NCBI GenBank assembly: GCA_032718475.1
Contig: JAUCBJ010002294.1
Location: 1 to 60,035 of the forward strand
Reading direction: 5' to 3'
Source: Nemertoderma westbladi
Lineage: Eukaryota; Animalia; Xenacoelomorpha
DNA: 60,035 nt
The stretch's first letter is position 1. Each line of letters starts with the position of its first letter. Made by a program: the position numbers and the translations under genes. This document shows, piece after piece, positions 36,930-46,983 of this stretch. A model generated the notes under the pieces. That model saw nothing but the letters and a program-made list of their open reading frames with translations. It was not told the DNA's origin and ran no database searches.

Positions 36930-37460
36930 TTTCTTATCGTACTTCAGAGATTTATATAACTATCTTACTATTTCTCCTACACCCCCTAAGGCGGCGCACT
37001 GCCGCCGTTAACCGTTTTCGAAATTTGTAAATCTTTCACGTTTGAACCTCATGGGCGGCACACTGCATGCAGCCTTTATCATTTATAACATAATTATTGG
37101 CTAAATTGAATTTAAATTGAATTTTGAGTTTAACTAATACAAACAATGTAAACTTAAGATGTAAATAAAAATAAAATGTAATATCGGACATATAATGGAT
37201 GTAAATCATTGGATGTTTGAAAACCCCCAATTCCTGTACCTGTACAGTATAACAATATAATACAATAATTATTATTAACTAATCAATAGATTTGGAGTTG
37301 AGCTGAGAATACAATTGTAATTAATGGTATGTTAATGTGAGTTTGTTCAGAAATTAAAAAAAATTAGGTATCACCTCACTGTGGTTTTTTTTTACCAGGA
37401 TTCATCAGTATCGCCAAGCAGTTAAGCCACTCTCCAACACATCCTTGATCAATCATTTAA

Positions 37461-38374
37461 GGTGGGGGGGGGGGGGGGGGGGGGGGGGGGGTGTAGCATC
37501 CCCAAATTGAACCTTACATTTTTGTGTCTCTGGACCATAAAATTGGGTGAAAATTATATTACTTTTTGTGCTACTAAACATCGTCTGGACTGTGTGAGAA
37601 TAACTAAACCAAATTGGCTCCAAAATGGCTCCGTAATGGCCAAAAGTGCCTTTTTGCGCCAAGGGCTATTTCTCCACCAATATTTTGTTGAAATTTGTCG
37701 AAATTTGGAATATAAGTTCAGAAGAACCCTGCATCCAATTCTTCTGAACAAATTTTGCCTCAAATATTACTTTTTATAACAAAAAGGACCCAAAAAAGGG
37801 CCTTTTTTGGGCCTTTTTGATATAAAAAGGCTCCAGGGCATTTCAACCAAATTCGTTAAGAAGAAGTATGCAGAAGGGTAATTTTAACAAGTGCACCAAA
37901 ATTCAACTCATTTCAGTTAAAATTGGCGGAGAAATAGCATTTTTCATGAAAAAACGTCATTCTGAGATATGGGTGTTTAAAGTTTAAGGAACAATTCAAA
38001 CCTTCCCGCTAATGTAGATACAATTTTTCTATTGTCAACAATAACTTTGTCAAAAATGAATGAAATTCAACGAAATTTTTCATTCTTGCTAAACAGATAA
38101 CTAGTAAAACAACTTTCTACCAATTTCATTCATATCTATAGCGTGAGAGCCTTTTTTATGAAATGGGCCACGTACAATTGTAAAATATAGTGCTGCTTAA
38201 AGGCTTTTCTAAAATCAGACTATCTCTTACGTTTTGGGTAATAACTTGAGTTTGAGGAAAGATAAGAGAAAACTGCTTGCAGATTTGAAATTTCCATTAA
38301 ATTCGGCACGTGATAAAATAAAAGAACTTTATTGCCAATTTCCAAAATAGCAGGTGCTACCCCCCCTCCCCCCC
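37461..38374. mobile_element. Non-autonomous TTAA-targeting DNA transposon (Kolobok-like)
   Basis: TTAA|GGTG(n)TGTAGCA at the left end and TGCTACC(n)|TTAA at the right end. Confidence 0.6.
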
Positions 38375-38842
38375 TTAAAAGTTTAATAAATTTGAGGTTT
38401 TAATCACTTTAAGGGTTCCTGTTCTTGTTTTAAATGCATATGTTCTAATTTTAAGAATACAGTACGTTTTATTATTTCAATAGTATACACGTTTTCTTAT
38501 TATAAGTGCCCATGTTCTTATTTCAAGTATTTCACGTTTAATTATTTCAATCCTACGTGTTCTTATTTTAAGGCACCTGTTCTGATTAGATGGGAGAGCA
38601 CGTGTCAGGGGGATAAAGTGGCTGATCTTCTGATCAACTGATCAGTTGCTGATGAGGCATGATAGGTGGCGGTTAGATCAGACAATCTTCAACAATTTCC
38701 GGAAATTCCATGTGCTCAACCCATATACCACCACATTTCCTCCCGCATACTATATTTTGTTATTACCGTATAACATCCGTTATCACTGCTTCATGCATTT
38801 TGTCCGAAGCATTGATAATACAATGTAGTCTCTGGCACTTAC

Positions 38843-39970
38843 GTGGTGAACTTGAAGGTAGAAAATCGGACTTATATATGATGCAATATTCCTGTTTCCT
38901 GGTAGACAATAAAGTTCATACCAATAAACTCCACTGTCAAAACTTTCTACCGTGAAATTAATAGACATTTCATTATTCTTATTAATGACTTCATTATTCT
39001 TCATGGATGTATTTCTGTACCAATTTAGTGAGTTAGTTGGAGAACATTGCCGAAATTTAGCATTCAAATTTAGCTTATCTCCATTTAATAACATAAGTTT
39101 ATCGACTGCTTCTCCATTGCTGTTAGTTATAGTAAGATTGCTTTTCACGAAATCTATTTGAACGAACACGGTGCAAATACTATACATGATAAAATTGTTA
39201 CCAGAGCAGTGAAAACTGTAAAATAAATGTTCATCAGTTAGAGGTATAGTAAGATTGTTGGTAAGGGTTTCTGTTTGAATTGGGCCGACATAATTTTTAC
39301 TTTTTACACTGTTAGGCAATTCATCATCATGATCGTCAAGCCATTTGAAATTCTTAGCGTTAGGTACCCAATTGTGAGCCTTGCATTCAATATAAGGTGT
39401 AATTTGTTCAGTATCGTTTTGGAATTGATTCGTAAAAGGATTGAATGTTAGTTGACAAGAAGCACTTCGGGTGTCTGTCTTCCCATTACATCCGCATTGT
39501 AGTAGAGAACCGTAACAACGATCAACAAGTCTAGTGATTAATGGAACACGCTGATTGGGAACAATCCAACCAGTTTTATCACTAAGATGTTTCCCAAAAA
39601 AACAATGATATAGTCTAATCCCGTCGTATTCCCAAATATTTTCGAGTCTATTTATAGTAAATGTAGCAGTGTGACGATCTCGGTCTAGTACAACTGTTCC
39701 TCTAGAAAGGTCGGTTTTATCTTCGGGGTAAACCTGATCGAGACGCAATAGAGTCCTTTTATCATAAAAAGCTCTCATGTACAACCCTATGTCAATGTGT
39801 TCTCCCCATTTTATATCAGTATGATAACACACTAACTGAAGTGTATCTCCTCTAATAACGCAATTTCTCCCAGTTGGCAGATTCATCTTCATAGTGCGGT
39901 TCCAAGTCTGTGAAACCACAGGCCCAACCAAACTCAGAAAGAACAACGAATAAACCAAACTACTATTCAT
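38843..39970 (-). CDS. First coding exon: signal peptide plus about three divergent Ig-like domains; probably spliced to the FBG exon at 35895
   Basis: Signal peptide MNSSLVYSLFFLSLVGPVVS; Ig-like patterns LQLVC..W...ATFTINRL...YHC, IECKA...FKW...NLTI...FHC and LNWYRN...DSGVYW; consensus donor CAC|GTAAGT after codon 376 (phase 0). Confidence 0.75.
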
Positions 39971-40404
39971 TATTGAAATTGCTAGTCAATATATTTTCTG
40001 TTAAAGAAATGTATGTGACGTTTAATATAGAGAGGGGTCAATTGATAAAAAAAATGATTTTTAAGTTTTGTTGGTTTCATATCTAGATAATTTAACAGAG
40101 GATTTCACATTGATTACCACTTTTCTTTTGTGAATTATTGTCGATTTAGTAAGACAAGGTCCGAAGATGATATCCTAGCAAAATTCTCAGAAAATTCGAT
40201 TTAAAGTTTTCAAACACTACCGCTATTTTTAGGAGCCCGCTCAAAGAGCAGGGATAGTTACTGTCAGAAAAAATTGTCAGTGAGGGATATATAATAATAG
40301 CTATCCACATGCTACTGTCTTTATCCATATACCGGAATTGCAGTTTCGTCCTAGCTTTTTTGATTAAATTTTGCAAGTACATTGTTTTTGTGGTTCATAA
40401 TCGC

Positions 40405-40800
40405 ATTACAAAATCACCTTGCCTGTGGAATAAGATACCGACGTTGATACGGGAAATTCAGTCAACCACAGTTTATAAATCAAAATTAAAAACACATTAT
40501 GTTCTCTCATCTATAACTTTTTTAGTCATTTACATAACATGACATTTTCACCAAACTTTTTGTTTTAATCTACTCCCTTTTAAGTAGATAGGCCTACGTC
40601 GTAACAATTGGTTTTATATACAGTTATTTTATTTTAACAGATCTTTTTTTAACGCACTAACTTTTGAGTAGGTCTGTGCTCCGCAGAGATTGCTTAGTGC
40701 TTAGCGCCACAGAACAGAGATTGCTTAGTGCTTAGCGCCACAGAATACTATACCGTAACGTTTGCTCTAGAAAACTGCTTATTTTATTATATATTATTTT
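40405..40800 (+). mobile_element. 3' end of a CR1/L2-group LINE; includes a 31-bp tandem duplication at about 40684-40745
   Basis: PCLWNKIPTLIREIQSTTVYKSKLKTHY is the typical ORF2 C-terminus (LWN.LP..IR......FK..LK). Confidence 0.6.
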
Positions 40801-41440
40801 TATACTTTATTTAATTGATTGATAAATAACAGATTAAAAATTAATTTAAAATTACATACTATTATTTAAGTAAAATATTTATACTTGTACAAAGAGATTG
40901 AAAAGGATTGAAAATATTTCATCACGACCGAGATTTTAACTCAAAAATTTCTGTTCTGAAATACAACGCCTTACACATTAGGCTATCTGTGACATATTGG
41001 AACGTTTGTTTCTCGCACCACGTAGTCAGCGAGCCTTGGCAAACGGTTCATATTTATAAACGTAAATTCTCACATCAAGCAGAGAGAACATTTATAAAAT
41101 TTCTAAAAGTGTGTAATTAACTTGCCCGTAATTAATTTGTCAAATTTATATTCCCCGATAATCACCTGTTTACATACAGGTAATTATCGGGTAATAATAA
41201 TTTTACAAATTAATTGATTCGAATTAAAAATCTGATTTATCTGGAACTTTAATACTAATATTTCCAAATGTATTTCTTTATATTATAGAAGAAAAGAGTT
41301 GAACCGATTGAGTGCGCCGAAGACACATCATCATCTCTTAATATCAGCTCTACGTCCTTCACCCATGATTGTTCCCTTGACGACGATTTGGAGCCGTAAT
41401 GGAAGCGTCGCCTACAAAGACCCGAAAAACCCTCTAACTC

Positions 41441-42651
41441 TGTTCGCGCTTTCAGACCTTTGGCAGTTTAACCCGCCAAATTATGATGTCTTCTAGATAT
41501 TAAATCGCTTTTTAGCCTACGACAAGTATTTGATTCACTACACTAGTCGAAACCAATCCGTGCGCGATCATTCACCCGCTGGTTATACCCGGGAGATTGG
41601 GTTCGACGGTTTAATCTTATTGCTATGTAAGCCTAATGTATTATTCGACTGACAGTATTATATAATCTCTGACAATATTATTCACCTTCGGGGAATATTA
41701 ACAGTTCCTTTAGGACGTGGCGCTCTATCTATATAAACAGAGTTATGACTTAAACTACTCACAACGATATGGTTTAGTTATAATTAACATATATGGCGCA
41801 TTCTTTAGGAAATGCTTCTTTAACAGACTCACTCATACACAATGCTGCACAATACTGCACACTAATCTGCCGATCTTCACTGATTTTAGTCACATATAAA
41901 AGGAACACAGACTGACTCATGTAGGGTCTATCAAATAACATTCGATTCACTTCAAACCACTTTAACATAAGTCACAATCGTTTATCTGTAACCTTTCTCT
42001 CTTACCTTCGGTATATCAAGAATATTGGGTTTCGGGGTTATTTATCGTTATTCCAAATATAATAATTCATCCACAAATATAATGAATAACCGACAGTAAA
42101 TAGCAGTATAAAACAACAACTGAACACTAATTGTTATGAGTTTGCAATGTTTCAGCAGTCAGTAGTATGCCGTGCGTCAGGCAGTTTGATGAGTTTGGTC
42201 GATATGCAGTTAAAGGATATATGTCCTTATAATTAAACCTACTAGTGTTGAGCTAAAAAGCAGAAAAGCACAAAACACTATAAAGCCGTTCTTTCGTGGC
42301 TTTGAAAAACTCGTGACTACGAGAATACCAACTACACTTATTCCACGAAGCTCCCGTTCAACACAGAGGATGAGCAGTGAGATAGGAAAATTTCAGTTCA
42401 GTAGCTCAGGATAGGTTAAAATCCAGGATAACTCAAATTCTATTGGGAGATACAAAAACAGGGCTATGACGCAACCCTCTTAGGCTGGTTGGCCGATTAA
42501 ACAGAGCCCAGATACCTGCGTACCGCAAATCAGCCAATAAGCTGGTAGCTTGCACTATTTTAACTATAGATCCCTTTTTGAGTATTCTAGCGACCGGGGG
42601 GGAACTGGCCAGCAAAGCAAACGAACCAGTTATCCCACAAAAGCTTTTACA
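41441..42651 (-). repeat. 3' LTR
   Basis: Direct repeat of 57627-58837 with about 11 substitutions seen by eye. Confidence 0.97.
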
Positions 42652-42660
42652 CCGCTCCCA
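42652..42660 (-). other. Short polypurine-tract-like sequence (TGGGAGCGG) abutting the 3' LTR
   Basis: Lies immediately 5' of the LTR TGT on the element strand; short and imperfect. Confidence 0.55.
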
Positions 42661-42729
42661 GAAAATGGGATTTAAGTCTATAAAATATACAAAATCACAG
42701 TTTCTAAAATATAAAAATACTCTAAACAG

Positions 42730-45700
42730 TTAGTCTTTCTTGCGCGGACGGCGTTTACGCAGTTTCTTGAGGCTAGCAAGAGTCCTTTTCTCTTTGGGGC
42801 GAGCCACTTTATGAGGAGGGCTGTAGCTCCTAGGCGAAGGGTGCAATACGATTGCATCAGAAGGTGTAGGATTACGATCGGTATACCCGCCGGTCGAAGT
42901 ACCTGGTTGATTAATATCAACCTCAGTGGAGCGAGGTCTAACGGCCTTTAGAGCGCGTCTCAGGACAGCAGCTCCCACGGGTCCTTGACGGGTCGTCTGG
43001 ACACTAGCGGTGGGTGGACCGTGAGTGGTGAGGAACTTTCTCGGTTTAATGGTTCTCTCCAGCTCGCGTTCTCGGGTTCGATATTCATATGGTCGCCGAG
43101 ATATTTCCTGTAGTTCAGGATGCGAGTTTACAAAGATGTCGCCATACTCAGGGTCCTGACGTATAAAATTGATCAGGTGATAGGTGGTTATATCATTAGG
43201 GTTGACGTTTCTAAGGTATTTTCTGACAAACTTGGTGGAAATACACTCACCAACACGCTTCATTAACTCGTAACTTGGTACGCGTGTTTTCTGTTCAATC
43301 GACGCGAATAGGTAAGGATGGAACGCGTAAACTCCCTCGTAAGCTCGTCCAGGGTAGTAGCGATGTCGGGATTCGCAATGTAAATCCGCATTCGCTTCCC
43401 AAGCTCGGATGTATCGCAGGGTGATCATCTCGTCTACGCTCTCTAAATCGCGATTAAAGGGACAATTATAACTTTCATGTCCTTTAAGTTGACAGTAGTG
43501 ACACTGAGTCATAAATTGTGGGCAGACAGCAAAAATATGAGAGTTATTAAGTCTGCAATAAGCACAATATATTTCCATCATCGGTTGTTCGAGGAAATAG
43601 GAGCAAGGTGCGTTGGAGTCGAGAGGGGTGAAGTGGTCTCTCGATGCGCATAATCGACAACGTTTTCGGGAAACGTAGTTGGCGTGTCGATAATCGTACG
43701 CTGTGAGACGTTGTGGACCTTGATACCACTCTATAACATAATCATTGTCACTGCTCCGGGAAGCTGTAGGCTGAATCGCTTCTGATTCCAAGCATACTGG
43801 CTCATCCTCCAACTGCATAGACGAAGTGGGTGCGTCTGTTTCCGTAAGTGGACCCACTGTTTGTATTTCCACGACAGAATATCCCGTAGGTATTCGAGGT
43901 CTTTGTATAACAGATGAATGTAAGTTCTGTATACAAACGTCTTGAAAAACGGCAAATCCAGCGCTACTCAGTTTCTCCGCAGCTGAGTCTCTCAGACTGA
44001 GTTTGGTCAGCGCGCGGTCCTTGAACTGACTATCGACGTTACGGAACGGAGTCAGAAAGCGCCGGAAACATTCGAAACGTATAAACTTATTGTGTTCGTC
44101 TAACTTGGCGAGTTTAGTTCCAAGTATTAATGGGTGAGCGCGTATGGTACGACTGCACACATCGGCTAGCCAACCGGCAAGTGCTGCGTTTTCAAAGATC
44201 GTGTATATAGCTAAGGAAGGACGAAGTGGAACACTCATAAAGCTATATACGGCACCAGGCGCAGTTAACGGTCCATCAAAATATAAACGAGAGTAATGAT
44301 CTCCATATACTTGCTGGTAATTGATAGGATTTCCAACTTTGAAATTCCAACCATATTCTTGAAAGGCAAGATGTCCGATGGATGTCCGTTGTACTTTAGT
44401 AATGCCGCTGGGTGTATTAGCATACATAGTGCGAAAGAAACCTCGGCCTTCGGCCCAAGGAGCAATCAGCTGAGTATCAACGAAAGGGTATGGAATGTTC
44501 TCCATATTCCGGAAGTCGTTTTGGAGATCTCCATAAACAGCTGAGCCGATTTTTAGAATTCTTTCGTTAAACAACATTTCGAGTACAGGTTGGGGTAACA
44601 TTGATCCATCGATACCCATGGCCGGTTTGCGCTCGGTGTCGGTGACGTAACGCTGCGCAAGCTCGAATTGTCCATGTCGAAGTTTCTTTTGTATCTCTGT
44701 AAGAGCTTCAAAAGAATAATCAATTACGTCGGAACACGCTCGAGTGAATACGTGGGTAGAACCAGCGAGTCCTCGTATATGTATCATTCGCGTAGTTCCT
44801 AGTTCTCCCACCGGAACGCTACCTTCGTTGTCATAAGTAACAACGCCATACATCTCGATAACGTTAAGAGTCTCGTTCCATTCTTTAGTGGCGTTTTCGA
44901 GAGTCATTCCCACTGGATGCCACAAAGTAGCGCACTCGTTAGCATTGGGTAAATCTCTATACTTTAAGCATTGTGTAGTATAGGTTTCCACATCTCCATA
45001 TCGTTTTATTCTTTCTTCCTCGAATAACACGTCAAGATTCCAGTGCACTAATCGAGTTTTAATGAATCCATCAAGATTGTACGGAGGTGATATTTCTTTC
45101 TCTATTCTAGAAATATTATACGGTTTTCGAAATGAGTTTAGTTTAACTAGCTGATCTAGATGTTTTTGTAGTTGTTCGAGTTCGACAAGATCGAGAGGAT
45201 TGATTAATGGTAGGAACCTCAGACTATGCGTAGGATCTTCCGGTTTCACCATGTAATATTGCTTCAAATTGACGTAATAAGGGTGATCCTTAATTCCATA
45301 AAATGAGTCCGGCAAAGGTCTAGCGCGTATGTTAACATCGTGCACCATGCGACGGACAAGATCCGCTCTATTGTCCGGAGGCTCAACAAGTACGCCATCG
45401 ACACGAGCAGCCTCGACGGGTGGACGTTGTAGCATGGGAGCGTCAGCAACGAGCTCGTGAGATCTGAGATCAGTATTAACCGGTTGAGGTTGTACCGTAG
45501 CAAAGAGCTTGTCTTTGAAATGAGGAACCATCGAGGGGTGGAGGATCGTTTTGGAATAGAGATCCGTCACGAGAATTTGAGCTTCTGGTTGAGCTAAAGC
45601 TGCTTCTTCCCTCTCAGTCAGCTCTATATGTCTTTCCTCGAGCTGATTTTCCTCCGCTTGTTGTTGCAAGCGCTCGTCCAGGAATTCCTGTAAAGAGTAG

Positions 45701-46983
45701 GTTCGTCCACGTTCGATGTCCTCCTCTAGATTTTGTATTTCTCTATCGAACTGGGGTAAAGCTAGTTCTTTCACCGCTTGGACTTGTTGTTGCAATTTAC
45801 GTTTCTCCAAGCAATCGTAAGTTCCTTTTCCGATTTTCTGCCGAATAGCGTCCAATGCATTTCGTATCACGCTCTCTTCGACTTCTGTAACAGGTTGGAT
45901 CGGAGGAAGGCCAGGACGGTTGTAGGGGTTAAACGGTGATATTAGATGACCGCGTCCTAGTCCAGCGAGGTAAGGTTGGCGAATATCCAACGAACCCACT
46001 ACCGGAGTGCCACCAATCAACTGTTCAGGTAACACTAGATCTTTGAACAGTGAGTACAGTTCGGGAGGATCCGTAATACTATTAGGGTCTAGAGTTTGAG
46101 GTATCACTTGTGAATGGGGAGGTCTGACCGAGTATTCCGGAACTCTGATCATGGGTTTATTCAATGATCGCTTAAGGCGCGCGACCGTAGGTGATACGTC
46201 GAAAAGGTTACGCTCGAAACTCCCATAAGTATATCGCGTAAAACTGTGTTTAGCGCAACGTCTCCGAGGATGTTTATGCCTTTCGATTTGCTGGTTAGGT
46301 CTAGGGCATTCGTCACAGTAATACCAAAGACGCACGTCTTGAAGGGGAAACGCGGGTGATCGCTCTCCAGTTTTACAATATTCCTCCATCTGTTCGAAGC
46401 TATCTGGAACGACAGGTAGCGGTCGATCGGCGGTAAGATACATCATCGTAAAATAGAGCCGTTTGAGTTCCATTATAGGATCTGGATGTATACCTTGAGG
46501 ATATCGAGTTTCGAGATTTTGTTGACTGGCAACATTGAGATAGGTCTCTCGTAAGAATTCTAGATAATCGTTGAAACCGTTACGTTTATCAGGTTCTTCA
46601 ACGTCTTCTCTTTCGAGTTTGTTTCGAATAGAGTTCTCGTGTTCTATTCTCGATTTATCGTTTCGACTCCGCTGGGTATGATATTTAAATAAAACCATTT
46701 CCCTTTCGGTGTCTACATCGTCCGTATCGTGTAAATCGATAGGGTGACCAGTAGTCAAGAAGTCCATATACGTACCATTACGATGCGTATAGCGAGCCGT
46801 GAACTTTCTATAATCCAATTCACGCGTAAGTTGCTCCTGGGACATTGGCGGTTCGATATAACGACCATCGTCCTCCGTAGTAGTTGGATCAGCGTCGCCG
46901 CGTATCAAGCTATCGACAAACGCTTGTAAAGGTAGAGTATATCTCTCCCTGATACCAAGATCATCTTCTATTAATTCAGTCAT
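42730..46983 (-). CDS. Accessory ORF3 of the retrotransposon, 1417 aa: coiled coil, DEDDy-like (RNase D/WRN-type) 3'-5' exonuclease, CCHC knuckles and basic tail
   Basis: Long intact ATG-initiated ORF between integrase and the 3' LTR. ExoI-like VVTYDNEG, ExoII-like ILKIGSAVYGDL, FVDTQLIA, ExoIII-like PLRPSLAIYTIFEN; CAYC..H..C and CHYC..GH..C; no signal peptide or membrane anchor is visible. Confidence 0.8.
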   Translation of the reverse strand: MTELIEDDLGIRERYTLPLQAFVDSLIRGDADPTTTEDDGRYIEPPMSQEQLTRELDYRKFTARYTHRNGTYMDFLTTGHPIDLHDTDDVDTEREMVLFKYHTQRSRNDKSRIEHENSIRNKLEREDVEEPDKRNGFNDYLEFLRETYLNVASQQNLETRYPQGIHPDPIMELKRLYFTMMYLTADRPLPVVPDSFEQMEEYCKTGERSPAFPLQDVRLWYYCDECPRPNQQIERHKHPRRRCAKHSFTRYTYGSFERNLFDVSPTVARLKRSLNKPMIRVPEYSVRPPHSQVIPQTLDPNSITDPPELYSLFKDLVLPEQLIGGTPVVGSLDIRQPYLAGLGRGHLISPFNPYNRPGLPPIQPVTEVEESVIRNALDAIRQKIGKGTYDCLEKRKLQQQVQAVKELALPQFDREIQNLEEDIERGRTYSLQEFLDERLQQQAEENQLEERHIELTEREEAALAQPEAQILVTDLYSKTILHPSMVPHFKDKLFATVQPQPVNTDLRSHELVADAPMLQRPPVEAARVDGVLVEPPDNRADLVRRMVHDVNIRARPLPDSFYGIKDHPYYVNLKQYYMVKPEDPTHSLRFLPLINPLDLVELEQLQKHLDQLVKLNSFRKPYNISRIEKEISPPYNLDGFIKTRLVHWNLDVLFEEERIKRYGDVETYTTQCLKYRDLPNANECATLWHPVGMTLENATKEWNETLNVIEMYGVVTYDNEGSVPVGELGTTRMIHIRGLAGSTHVFTRACSDVIDYSFEALTEIQKKLRHGQFELAQRYVTDTERKPAMGIDGSMLPQPVLEMLFNERILKIGSAVYGDLQNDFRNMENIPYPFVDTQLIAPWAEGRGFFRTMYANTPSGITKVQRTSIGHLAFQEYGWNFKVGNPINYQQVYGDHYSRLYFDGPLTAPGAVYSFMSVPLRPSLAIYTIFENAALAGWLADVCSRTIRAHPLILGTKLAKLDEHNKFIRFECFRRFLTPFRNVDSQFKDRALTKLSLRDSAAEKLSSAGFAVFQDVCIQNLHSSVIQRPRIPTGYSVVEIQTVGPLTETDAPTSSMQLEDEPVCLESEAIQPTASRSSDNDYVIEWYQGPQRLTAYDYRHANYVSRKRCRLCASRDHFTPLDSNAPCSYFLEQPMMEIYCAYCRLNNSHIFAVCPQFMTQCHYCQLKGHESYNCPFNRDLESVDEMITLRYIRAWEANADLHCESRHRYYPGRAYEGVYAFHPYLFASIEQKTRVPSYELMKRVGECISTKFVRKYLRNVNPNDITTYHLINFIRQDPEYGDIFVNSHPELQEISRRPYEYRTRERELERTIKPRKFLTTHGPPTASVQTTRQGPVGAAVLRRALKAVRPRSTEVDINQPGTSTGGYTDRNPTPSDAIVLHPSPRSYSPPHKVARPKEKRTLASLKKLRKRRPRKKD

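Noticed and set aside
41717-41968. Small ORFs duplicated at 57903-58154
   Set aside because: They are duplicated only because they lie in the LTRs; short, with weak starts and no motifs.
43465-43570. Nanos-type zinc finger in ORF3
   Set aside because: Spacing is C-x2-C-x4/5-H-x4-C (knuckle type), not the longer Nanos CCHC spacing.
42730-46983. ORF3 as a retroviral-type envelope gene
   Set aside because: No signal peptide, transmembrane anchor or Cys-rich glycoprotein pattern; it has nuclease-like and nucleic-acid-binding motifs instead.
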